Of a DNA stretch of 64,000 nucleotides, positions 23,978 to 35,500 are shown piece by piece. The notes under the pieces are model-generated. The model made no database searches. It was given only the letters and a program-made list of their open reading frames with translations, and was not told the origin of the DNA. Numbering within the stretch: the stretch's first letter is position 1; each line of letters starts with the position of its first letter. Source of the stretch: Eutreptiella sp. 'Long Island Sound 2002' (lineage: Eukaryota; Protista; Euglenida); the NCBI GenBank assembly GCA_964036045.1, contig OZ038379.1:76012001-76076000 (forward strand), written 5' to 3'. Position numbers and translations under genes: made by a program.

Positions 23978-24709
23978 CACATGGTGTGCCCGCGGGCTTT
24001 TTTGGGAAAACTGTGTAAAGGAACACTTTTTTTTTGGTTAAGGACCGCCCTGGCTGTAGACCACCACTGAAAAAGGCAAACTGTGTGCTTTTGCCTGCCT
24101 GTCTGCCTGCCTGCTTGCCCAACTGACTGCTTGCCTGACTGACTGACTGATTGGCTGACTTTCAGCCTCTCTTCGAGGTGCCTTGCAGAAGGCAATCGAA
24201 TTTTCGAAACTGATTTTTTCAATGCTGTAACCATCCATAGTGATCAAACATCTATGCATGTCTTGGGCCCAATTTGTGTGTTTTTCACCGCATTTGGTCA
24301 TGGGATGCTGGGGTGGATGCTGGGGCTGGGGGGAGGGGTGTTCTTCACAGGGGACTGGTGCACGACCTGCTTATGCAGTTTTCAGCCTCTGCAGCTCAAA
24401 ATTGGAAATTTTCGAGACTGATTTTTTTGATCTTATGACCATCCACAATGATCAAATATCCCATATAAAGTATGTTTCAGACTTTCTTTGTGTAATTTTC
24501 ACGTCGTTTGGCCACTGTGGCAGGGCTCGGGGGGCTTCCTAGGTACGTGCCCCCTACCCTCTTCTCGGTGCCTTGGCAAAGGCAAAAGAATTTTTGATAT
24601 CCCAAACTGGGCTCATGCATTGCACCACTTGATACTCTGGTTTGGCTTTTTGCGCTGTGCCTGCATCTATCTTTGTGGGTGCTCCCATCTTGGGTTTGCC
24701 TGTGCAAAG

Positions 24710-25729
24710 GTGGTGGAGATCCCAGTGGAAAAGATGGTCCAAAAAGTCATAACAAAGGAGATTGTGAAGGAGGTGCCAGTGCCCAACATCATAGAGAAAG
24801 TGATCAAAGCATATTTGCTGCGGACTACCGTGGAGAAACTATCCGGGATCACAGTGAGGGGCCTTGCAGAAAGTCACTACTACCAGGTCCGCCTGGAGAT
24901 GGGGAATAACGATGAGAGCACTGCCGCGGTTAGTGCGAAGGTGGCTGACCAGCCATCGTCACCTGCCAGTCAGGGGTTTGTATGGGCCGAGGCTCTTTTC
25001 AATCAGACATGTAATATCCGGGTTCGCACGGATGGCAAGGACCGTTACTTACTCATCACCGTTACGGATCACCACGATGGACAAATCCAGGTCGTGGGCA
25101 CGGGGCGCTTGGATGTGGGCCGTTTGCGCCTGGCCAAGGATGCTTGCACTGCCAATATCATGCTGTTTGGCACCGAGCAGCAGCACGTGGGTGATCTGCA
25201 AGTGACATTTGACGTGGAGCGGGGGCAGATCGAGGAGCACCGCCCCAGCAGCCTTCCTGGAGGCCAGATCATGCGTGGGTTGCGGAAACTGGGTGTCACT
25301 TTGCTTCGCTCCACATTCTCGCTCCCGCCAGGCTGCAAGCTTGTGCAGGTGCGGCTCAGCCTGGGGCATGCCCGCTCCAGCACGTCACCTCACACACTGC
25401 TGTCTGGCATCGTAGACTGGAACCAGACCTTCAGCTTCGATGTAGCCACGCGGCCCTCTATGCGTTTCGGAGGGTCGGTGTTGGCCACCCAAGACCTAAA
25501 CGTGCAGCTTTGTGATGCCAGCGGGCGGAGGACGCTGGCTAGGGGCAGTATTCCCCTGTGTACCCTTGCTCGCAACCAGATCCAAACCATCAACTTGTCG
25601 CTTGGGGACTCCGACTTGTCGCTGATTGTGTGCCCTCAAGACTTCGGGGTGCCCACGCAGCCCTACAAACTCAGCCGAATGAACATTGCGGTTGTGAAGG
25701 CCAGTGTTGCCCCAGGGCTTTTGAGACAG
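24710..25729 (+). CDS. Giant gene exon 2: end of the VPV repeats plus two C2-like domains
   Basis: Acceptor AAAG|GTG at 24709/24710 gives VVEK|VVEIPVEKMVQKVITKEIVKEVPVPNIIEKV. C2-like strand patterns: ITVRGLAESHYYQVRLEMG...LFNQT...LLITVTDH...VVGTGRLDV and VQVRLSLG...VDWNQTFSF...LNVQLCD...LARGSIPL. Donor CAG|GTCTGA at 25730. Confidence 0.88.
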
Positions 25730-26206
25730 GTCTGATTGCCGGTGTATGTGTGCCTCCTATGCTCCATCCAGCAACTACAACACTAGTGAAGACTCTTTGA
25801 GTTGGGCCTCAACTCGGCTGGTGTCATACATTACACGCACTACAGGGATATGCGTTTACACTTGTGATGTTGAGCGATTTGTACGTGGTTGTGTGTGGCA
25901 GGATGCAAGGCCACATGGGTGCGTGATGGGTTACACACGTCAAGGGGGGAGAGTATGCTGGAGGTTTGGAGAAGTGTGCCCAATCCCAGTCCCCTGGAGC
26001 CAGTGTGGTGTAGCTGAAGCCACGTCTGAAAGATACCCCCCGGAGAAACTAGGCCCTGTCCGAGTTGGAGACGTGAGAGTGGTGGCGGCCTATGTTCCAA
26101 GTGAGATCCACGTGGGTGAGAGGCCTGTGGCTGGCTCCTCCCCCTCTCCCTCTGTCTGATGTCAAATTAACAGCCCAGGCCATTTGCTAGCAGGCGGTGT
26201 CACCAT

Positions 26207-26729
26207 CAGGCTATTGCTTAGTGGGCGAAATACCCCCCCCCCCCGGGGGGGGGTGGGTGGGTGTAGAGATGGGTGGGTGGGTTAGCCCCAAATTTCAGCA
26301 TTTTGGGCCACCAGGCACCCCCCCCCCCCCCCCGGGGTGCGGGTGCGCTTTTTTTGGGATTTGGGTTGTGCAGGGCTTTGAGACCTGTCTGCATATTTCA
26401 CACATTTTCACATTTTTTTTCATACTGCGTCAAAGCTCTGAACCCTTTGTTGCGCATTATCAGCAGAACTGGTTGTTAGTTGAGTTGGTTGTGGTACTTG
26501 ACACTAATTTCACGGTTCTGGGTTCAAACCCCAGTGGTGGCAAACTTTTGCTGGTCAGTTTTGCTCTGTTGTTCCACAGATTTTCAAGTGCTTGTATGTG
26601 ACTGCGGGTGGAGGGCATAGACCCCCCCCCCCGGGGGGGGGGGGTTGGGTGGGTGGATGGGTGGCTGAGACCTGGCCGAGGTCCAAACTACCCCCCCCCC
26701 CCCCCCGGGGGTCACTAAGCAATAGCCTG
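26207..26729. mobile_element. hAT-like MITE (523 bp), 17-bp perfect TIR, 8-bp TSD
   Basis: TIR CAGGCTATTGCTTAGTG (26207-26223) / CACTAAGCAATAGCCTG (26713-26729). TSD GTCACCAT at 26199-26206 and 26730-26737. Confidence 0.92.
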
Positions 26730-27357
26730 GTCACCATCCCCAACACGCCCCCCCCTCCCCTCCTCTGCCCCATTGTGCCTGCCATGCATGCCAGCCCCCC
26801 CCCTCTCCGTACCTTGGTAGGTGTCTGTGTTAAGCAGGGTAAATCTACCAAAGGTAACGCGTACATATTCGCTTAGCTCAAATGAGGTTGAAATCCCCCC
26901 CCTCTCTGTGCGCCTTATGGGTGCCAACTCCATGTTACTGTCGACCACTGCAGCAAGTCTGATATGTACGCCACAACCCTGCAGACCTGGGTAGCATTTG
27001 TGAGGAAGAGGAACGTAAGGAGAGGGAAGCCTGTCAGGCCTAGCAGAGACCCTGTACCCAAATCAAGGAGGATAGAGACCAAGAGAACTGTGCAGTGAGT
27101 GCACTAAACTCCGAACCAGATTGAGCTGCAGAGTGATGAAGGTTGCGTGACTGCGCACCTGGACCCCAGTAGCAGGTCCAGCATCTCAAAACTGCTTGGG
27201 TGAACATTGAGTCAACATTTTTCTCCATCAGCAGCTGCTTACCCAAATACACTTTCAGAAGACACACAAGACTCACAAGCACGTCTGCCCGCGAATCCTA
27301 TCAGCAGAGGAAAAGAAACAAGGCTCGATGTACAGCGAGTGGCACTCAGGTGCGGTG

Positions 27358-27623
27358 CATACTTGGCGCTAACACCTGCTGCAATTTTTTATGACACCTG
27401 CCAACACCTGCCAAAACTGCTGGTGACACCTGCCAGCACCTGCCAAAAATTTTAGTGACACCTGTCAACACCTGCCGGAGCTGTGTGTGTGTGTGTGTTT
27501 CCATGTGCCTCCACCAAACTGCCTGACACCTGCCGACACCTGCCAGGAAAAGTTGTGACACCTGCCAAAAAATTTTGTGACACCTGCCCACACCTGCCGT
27601 GGCAGGTGTTAGTGCCAAGTATG
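27358..27623. mobile_element. Non-autonomous TIR element (266 bp), 3-bp TSD, filled with ACACCTGCC repeats (CACTA/CMC-like)
   Basis: TIR CATACTTGGCGCTAACACCTGC / GCAGGTGTTAGTGCCAAGTATG (21/22). TSD GTG at 27355-27357 and 27624-27626. About 10 internal ACACCTG copies. Confidence 0.8.
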
Positions 27624-27815
27624 GTGCTGTGTACGTCATCCATCCGCAGTGCAGAGTGTTGTCCCCATGATCTGGAACATGCGTGATATGGGCAGTAGTA
27701 GCTGGCCTCTTTTCTTAACCTTTATCCCCCCCCCCTGCATGGCCTCTGTGGGGCTGGTATGGTTTCTGTGACTGTCTGCTGGTGGCCATAGCTCCTCATG
27801 TGTGTCAACTCCCAG

Positions 27816-28346
27816 GTGCCCGGCGAACTGACTGTGGTCCTGAGCGTTGGTGGGCGCGTGGCTGAGGTCACGGACCAACCTGAGAATGAGGGGTACTGGG
27901 ACAAGGTGCAGTTAGAAGTGAATACAATGCAGCACTTGGACGTTCAAATGCCCACAGAGACGTTGTTGGTGGAGGCGTACATCCGAGGCAGGAAGCGAGG
28001 CGATACTGTCACTCTTGGCCGCACAGAGATCCCTTTGTCATGCTTTGAGATGGGCGGTGTGCATGAGATGGTACTGTACTTGCCTGATGGGGAGGTTGAG
28101 CTGGCAATCAACCCTATTAATTTCGGGCTGTTGCCAGCACCCACAACCCAGAAGCACAGCCATGCGGCGCCTCACGGAGTGCCCACGTTCGGGACTTGGG
28201 GCCGGCATGTCGTCATCTATTATCCCCAGGATTACGCACGAGCCACCCTGCTGGCTGGCCCCCAGAACGTGATCCCCCCTATCATGGAGTACTGGCCCTT
28301 GTCACTGCTGCGGGCCTCTGCAGTCAATCCAATTGTCCAGACCCAG
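27816..28346 (+). CDS. Giant gene exon 3: third C2-like domain
   Basis: Acceptor CCCAG|GTG, in frame with ORF 27798..28391. LTVVLSVGG...YWDKVQLEV...LLVEAYIRG...LGRTEIPLSCF...VELAINPINFG. Donor CAG|GTCAAC at 28347, phase 0. Confidence 0.85.
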
Positions 28347-30026
28347 GTCAACCCTCCACATGCCTCTACAACCCTCCTGAGCTCCCTGTGACCATCGCAA
28401 ATCTTCACAGTCAAAAACAACTCAACAGGGGTTTGCAAACACTCCCCTTTTTGTGCATCTTGAATCAATCACAAGCCCACCTAACCCAGTTGTTCGTTTG
28501 CAGTTTGTCAGCCAGAGCCGCTGGAGCAGGTGCAAAGCCTGCTTTTTTCCTGTGCTCAGAGATGCACTGCATTTTCTTCTCACTGTGAGGCAGCCCTAAC
28601 ACCAAGCTGGTGGGGGAGGGAATATCAGCTGCAGGGCTGATGCATGTTGAGGGACACGAAGAATGATTCCCGCCGTTTCCCCTCTTATACCGCCCTCAAA
28701 ACCCTTCCTCACTCACTCAAGAGACATGCCCCCCGGCACTCCTTGCGCACCCCTCACCTATCACCCCTCCACCAGCATGCCGCAGACCCTTGCATTGGGC
28801 ATTGGGCTACGTGGCTGAAAACGTGATTTCGAGCGCACCTAATCCACCCGCAACCACCCACCTTTGGTGGTTTCCACCCTTCAAAATTGCCCTAACTGAC
28901 GCCTAGACCCCCATACCCAGGCCCAGTGCGAGCTGCAAGAGGTAGGCCAAAGAGGTGGGTGCCAAAATGGGTCAACAAGGTCCACCGGGTGCAAAAAAAA
29001 AGACTTTTTTCAAAAATGATCCTTGACCACTTGGAAGGCCAAAACAAGTGTTTGTGGTGCGTTTTGAGCTCGTGGTGGCCCGTTTTGGCCCTCCTGAAAT
29101 CCCAAAATGCCTTGAAAATGGGCTGGTTTGGGACAAAAAAAGGGTCAAAAATGGGTCACACATGTGTTTTTCCAAAAATGATTCTACACCATTTGGGGTG
29201 CCTAAACAAATGAAATAAGCCCTTTTTGAGCCCATTGCAAGCCATTTTGGCCACTCCAAAGTCACCAAATGCCTTGAAAAGGGGTTGTTTTGCAACCAAA
29301 AATGGGTCAAAAATGGATCAAAAATGTGTTTTTCCAAAGATAATTTTGGACTATTTGGGGTGCACAAACAAGTGGAATGAGCCCAATCTGAGCCCATGTT
29401 GAGCAATTTTGACCCCTCTCCAAGCCGAACAGGCCCTGAAATTGGGCCAATTTGGGACCACAAATGGCTCAAAAATGGGTCAAAACCATGGTTTTCCAAG
29501 TGAAGGTCATGGGTTCAAACCCACATGAGGTCAATTTGTAGCACTCTAGACTGGATCAGGGACACCATGTGAAAATTTTTGTTTTGGTTTTTTTTTTGCT
29601 TTTTTTGTGCTTTGATTTTGTCCCCTTTGTTGGGGATCCCCAGGAATGCAGGGGTGACGTAGCATTTCCACCCACTTGTGGGCCCCCCAGAAGGCAGGGG
29701 TTAGGCAGCCAATTCTGATCTTGTCCCCCTTGTACCACCTACCATGCCCCCCCCCCCCCCTTGTTGCAAATTTTTTTTGCCAACTTATACATACCGCAAA
29801 AATGTCTAGCGCGATGAGGGGATCATTTTAAGCTATATATGTTGGGGTCCGGGTGCCCCCCTCCCCTTCAGGCGGCCCCAGACCCCCCCCCCCCACCCTG
29901 AAATTGGCTGGAAAGTGGGAGGGAGTCGGCGTATGGCCCGATGGTACGCCCCCCCCCCCCCCCCCTGTGGACCACCTAGTAACCTAGCAAGGAAAAAAAA
30001 TTTTCAATTATACAAAAAAAAAATTT

Positions 30027-30101
30027 GCTAGGTTTTACTACATTTTACTAGGTTTTACTACATTTTACTAGGTTTTACTACGGCACATACTAGGTTTTAC
30101 C
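30027..30101. repeat. Short tandem repeat (CTAGGTTTTACTACATTTTA, about 20 bp)
   Basis: CTAGGTTTTAC occurs four times in a row. Confidence 0.8.
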
Positions 30102-30191
30102 AAATGCCCACTCACAGCACTCCAGCACTCCGCATCTGGAGAAAACCCTCTACACAACCTCCATTTGCCTCCCCAATGCAATTCTCTACAG

Positions 30192-30641
30192 GAGTCTGCA
30201 GTCCAAATGGAGCGCTTCAAGTCGCTGCTGGAACCCAAGGTGCTGCAGGTAACGGTGGTGGCGGTTACAGGGATGGTCTCTGGCTCCTACCCCTACGTGC
30301 AGCTGCGCGTCAGTGACAATACATATAACACGTCGGTGAAGGTCGGCACACAGGGGCTGCAATGGCACGAGAGCATGGGCATCAAGGTGCACTGCCTGTC
30401 CCTGACAGAGGGGTGCATGACCCCTGTGGAGGTCCTCAATATTGAGATCCGTGACCTTGCCAACAAGTCCAGCCAGAAGCTGATGCCCGCGCAGCTGACC
30501 CTTCGCAATCTGCGCAAGGGCATCCCCGAGCTTGTCCATGTCGATACTGGCAACGGCTGCGTGTCATTGCTGCTGGAGGCCGTCAACTTTGGGTTTGGGC
30601 ATGTCGACACTCCACCGCTGTCGGTTGCACGTTCACTGCAG
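30192..30641 (+). CDS. Giant gene exon 4: fourth C2-like domain
   Basis: Acceptor CTACAG|GAG. VLQVTVVAVTGMVSGSYPYVQLRVSDNTYNTSVKVGTQGLQWHE...LNIEIRD...VSLLLEAVNFG. Donor CAG|GTCGAA at 30642; an alternative phase-0 donor at 30672 cannot be excluded. Confidence 0.83.
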
Positions 30642-31369
30642 GTCGAAGCCATCACTTTTGGGGAACAGGGGGTCATGTGATTCGTGTGCTTCCGCACTTT
30701 TTCTGTGTGCTTCTTTATCGTTCTGCAATGATCCCAAAGTGGGGACAAGAACCTGAGAGCATCGCTGCTCTACCATGAAAAGCAAGGCTTGTGCAACTGC
30801 ATGGTTGCACGCACATCAAGTTTGTGTGTTTGTTGGATGGTGTTCCATTGGCTGGTTGGTGCCTGTTGAGGGCGTGGGGGTTGACCCATAGGTGGAGTAG
30901 GTTTGCCGCTTGGTACTTCCGTTTTCACACGCTTGGCTGTGTTTGGCAGAGGCTTTCCGGGGCATGGGACCACTTGTACCCTTGTGCTTTTTGTCACGGC
31001 CCCTTTCTCAACCTTTCACTTCCGCTTGTCCATTTCCTGTCAGTCAGCCAGCCCATTCTCCCATTTTGCCACAGTTGCCCTGAAACCCATAGAAAAAAAG
31101 AAAATTTGCTGAGCTTCCAGTCTCAGCGAAACAAGTATGGGAATGCAGACATGCCCTGACGACGTTCTGGCCCAGCGGTCCATCAGAGGGGGCGCAAAAC
31201 GTGCACGCCGTGGTTCCACATGGACTGGCTGCCAACCGCGCCGCTCTTGTCCAAGTCAGGGGTGCCGTAATATGGGTTCTGCTGGAGCTTTGATTCGGAG
31301 GATAGGGGTGAATACACCGCACCCCAGCGTATCACAGCCTCAGCCATCCAACAATTTCCACCTGTGCAG

Positions 31370-32053
31370 GTCTGGGGGGCCAAGATTGCACTGGACTCGC
31401 GGCACCACGTTGAGGCTCCTCCTAGCCCGGTGCTGAGCCTGCGCGTTGGTGAGCATGTGCTGCGGAAGCTGCAGACGGGCAAGCTCTGCATGATTCCAGT
31501 GCAGACGCTGCCGTACAAGTACATTCCGGAATATGACGTGGGACTGGATGAGCTCACGCTCCACGTCAACGACCGGGATGGGGCGCTCCTGGGAACCGCC
31601 TCATTGCCGCTGGCACTCCTCGTGAAGGGGCTGCAGCATGAGCTGTCCGTGGAGATTCCGCGCATCGGCACCATCACTGTCAGCATGCTGGCAGCCGATT
31701 TTGGGATCCCGCTGACCCACTCCCCTGCGCGCGTGGGTGAGGAGGGTGCACATGGGTCCACCATCGTGACCGTGCATGTGCCACTCACAAATCCGGATTC
31801 ATGCCGCCTGTTTGGAATGCCAGAGATCATCGTGACCGCAGTGGAGTTGGAGCAGGCGTCCATGGCTGCGCAGCACGGCCAGGCCCTCCGCAACCGCCGC
31901 AAGATCCGGGCGAAACCGGTGCGGCCCGACGGCAGTGTGGACGAAACCGAAGTGAAGATCATCCCAACACCCAAGTCCGAGACCAAGCGGCAGGTAGTCA
32001 CAGGCTGTGGCCTGCACATCCTCCAAGACCAATCCCTGAAAATACACCAAGAG
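31370..32053 (+). CDS. Giant gene exon 5: fifth C2-like domain and linker
   Basis: Acceptor GTGCAG|GTC. VWGAKIAL...PVLSLRVGEHV...ELTLHVNDRDGALLGTASLPLALL...ITVSMLAADFG. Donor GAG|GTCATT at 32054, phase 0. Confidence 0.83.
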
Positions 32054-32562
32054 GTCATTTTGGGATTTGCTGCCTCGTGATATCTCCTGTTGCCTGAATG
32101 GCTGAAAGCCCCCCCCCCCCCCTCTTTTCGTCTCATCCTGACATGTGTTTGTTGTTGTGACAGAAACCATGGGTCATGCCGTGTGTATTTGTTTGGCTTT
32201 TCAATGCTGCAAGCTCAAACCATTTCAAAGCACTGCATTACCCATCCCCGGGCAGACTTTGGATGTAGGGGGTCATGTGCATTGGCGGGACCCCATGCCA
32301 CAACAAAGGTCCAATGGACACGGCACACAAAATCCCACCTGGACCAAACCTGCACACATCACCCAACCCGAAATTTGGAAGAAGTGAAAATGGGTGTTTT
32401 TTGAAGCACCGAAGTGGAGCCAAAGGACACCACGGCATGCCATGTCCGGTGAGGCTGTGCAGTTAGCAGCGCATCTGAGCGATGTTTGGCAACCCTGAGT
32501 CACCATCACTCAAGTTGGCGCCCTCACCCGTCATTTGTCCACTGATGCATTCATTTGTTCAG

Positions 32563-35500
32563 GTGGTGGTGGGGTATGACGACATGTTCCGGGATGCAAT
32601 GGGGATGGCCCCAGGCGACGAAGGCTTTACACCCCCTGTGATCGACCCCCACCACCAGGACCTTGCACCGCAGGTGCTGAATGCGGGCTGCTACGACGCT
32701 AATTACGTGGACACCAACGACCGGCGTGCCGGTGAGCGCGGCTTCCAGCCCCCGCTGCATGGTGTCATGCTGCCAGAGCGGCGCACACAGAAGGCTGTGG
32801 GGCTCGCGGAGGGCTATGACGGCGATTACCGGGACCCCTTTGGCCGGACACCAGGGGAGTTGGGCTTCCTGCCTCCGGTGTACAACCGGGATTACATCGA
32901 CGCTGACGGCCGCCATGTAATGGAGGAGGGCTTTATCTCCCCGATCACTGGCCCACAGCGCCCGCTGCCCGCCGGGTGCTACGATGACGGCTACCGCGAT
33001 GCAACTGGAAAGCGGCCCGGTGAGGCCGGGTTCGTGCCCCCGCTCTTGGCTGTGCAGGGGAGAACGGCAGAGGAAATGGAGCAAAGCATGCCACAGGGCT
33101 TCGACTCAAACTACCGAGATCTGGAGGGGCACAAGCCTGGCGACGAGGGTTTCCAGGCCCCCATGCAGCAGCGGACGGTGATCCGCGACGAGCAGACCGG
33201 GATGGTGTATTTCGTGACACCAGCCGACAGGCCGTTCGTGCCACTGGCATACAATTCAGGTTACCAAGATGCATATGGCCGGCGCGCGGGTGACGCCGGG
33301 TTCGAACCACCCGGTAAGGATGGCTTGCATTTGCTGGCAGGTGGCTACGACGACCAGTATCGAGATGCCAATGGCCGGAAGCCTGGCATGCTGGGTTTCA
33401 TCCCTCCAGTTGATGCTGCCAAGGGCAGGACTCCTGAGGAACTGGCCGAAGCGCAGCCGGAAGGTTACGACCAACTGTACCGAGATCCGAATGGCGTCGC
33501 CCCGGGACAGCCCGGCTTCATCTCACCAAAGGGCAGGCTTCCCGAGAACGAGGTGGTGCTGGACGGGACTCATGAGGCGGGCTACGACTCGAACTACCGG
33601 GATGAGGATGGGCTAGCCCCCGGGGATGAGGGGTTCCGGCCGCCACAAAGCACACCAGGGGTGCCCAGCCATGAGATGGACGCTGGGACCTACGACGCGC
33701 ACTATGTGGACTCAGAGGGTCGCCGGCCCGGCAATCGTGGCTTCCTCCCGCCGCTGCGCGGCATCATTGACCCGAAGGTGCGTGCCCACAAAGCAATGGG
33801 GATGCTGCACGGGTATGACGCCGACTACCGCGATGCCCAGGGCCGGCGACCGGGGCAGCAGGGGTTCGTGCCACCCTGTTACACACAGGACTGGCGGGAC
33901 GCAGACAACCGGCGCCCCGGGGACGAGGGCTTCATTCCCCCGACCGGAGATGGGAAGTCACTGGGCTATGGTGCTTACGAATCGGGGTACCGGGACGCCA
34001 ACGGCCGGCGGCCAGGCGAACCAGGGTTTATCCCCCCGCTGGCGGCGCGCGAGGGCAAGACTGCTGCCCACATGAAACAGGAACTACCGCAGGGGTTCAA
34101 TGCAGGATACCGAGATGCCATGGGCTGGGCGCCGGGTAATGAAGATTTCGAAGCCCCGCCCCCCATAATGTCGCATGTCCGTGATCCTGTCACAGGGCGG
34201 GTGTATTTTACCAAATCTGCTGTTCCCGGGGCTGCGCCTGAGCAGCCTTTTGTGCTTCCGGCCTACGATGCCTCCTACACCGATGCCGCTGGGCGCCACC
34301 CCGGCGACGAAGGATTTGTGCCGCCAGCCGCCGTCGGAGTGGCGCTGCCGGTGCATGCCTACAATGACCAGTACCGGGACGCAGCCGGACGGAAGGCGGG
34401 TGACGTCGGGTTCGTCCCTCCGGCAGCCGCAGCGGCAGGCAAGACCCCGGCGGACATGGCGGTGGAGATGCCTGACGGCTACAATGAGAATTACAGGGAC
34501 GCGGCCGGTCGGCAATTCGGGGACCCAGGGTTCGTGCCTCCGCAGCCCTCGGCGACCAGGTCTCCCTCGCAGGGGCTGGTGCCAACGGTGCAGAGCAGTG
34601 TCCGGACAGGGTACGATGCCACGTACCGGGACAGCAATGGCTTGGCACCGGGGGAGGAGGGTTTCATGCCCCCAGCACTGGACCCCAGAGTACCCTCGCG
34701 GCCGCTGCCGGCCGGTGCATACGACATGAATTATGTGGATGCCAACGGCCATCAGGCCGGAGACCGTGGTTTTGTGCCTCCAATCAAAGGGATCACAGAT
34801 CCGGAGCGGCGGGCATTGAAGGCTGCAGGGCTTCCCCTCGGCTATGACAAAGACTACATGGATGCCAACGGTCACTGCATGGGCGAGCCCGGGTTCATCC
34901 CTCCAGTGTACTCGAGGGACTACACAGACGCGCAGGGCCGCCATGTCGGTGACGCAGGGTTTGTGCCCCCAACCTCCTCAACGCCCCTGGGCTCTGGTGC
35001 CTATGACAACAGGTACCGGGACTCGTATGGTCGCCAGCCTGGGGAGCCAGGGTTTGTGCCGCCACTGCGGGACTGCGAGGGTGCGACCCCGGAGGAGATG
35101 GCGAAGATGTTGCCCCAGGGTTTCGACTCCAACTACCAGGACTCTGCAGGGCGCCGGCCTGGTGACGAGGGGTTTGTGGCCCCCAGCAACAGCCGGTTGC
35201 TCATGATTGACCCGCGCGCCGGGATTGTCCATGTCACCACACCGGACTCCTCTTTCAATGAGGGGATTGCAAAGGCGGCTGGGACCACAGCGCTGGGTGA
35301 TGTTCCGGCCGGGCTGCTGCCTGACGGCACGTACAGCGACAACTACCGGGATGTCAACCAGCGGCGGCCTGGTGAGCGGGGCTTCATCACTCCAGCGGGT
35401 GCCGCGGCCGGCAAGAACGCATCGCAGATGTCAAAGGAGCTCCCCGAGGGCTATGACGGGCAGTACCGAGATCGGGCTGGCCGTCGCCTGAAGGATCCCG

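Noticed and set aside
23609-24234. WRLAVGG / PPTANRQ repeat ORFs
   Set aside because: Products of the (CCAACCG)n and (GCCT/GACT)n microsatellites.
6311-24709. Euglenid non-conventional intron stem (TGCAC at +4..+8 pairs with GTGCA at -8..-4)
   Set aside because: Only 5 bp, not seen in the other introns I checked (2 and 3), and GT-AG ends explain splicing.
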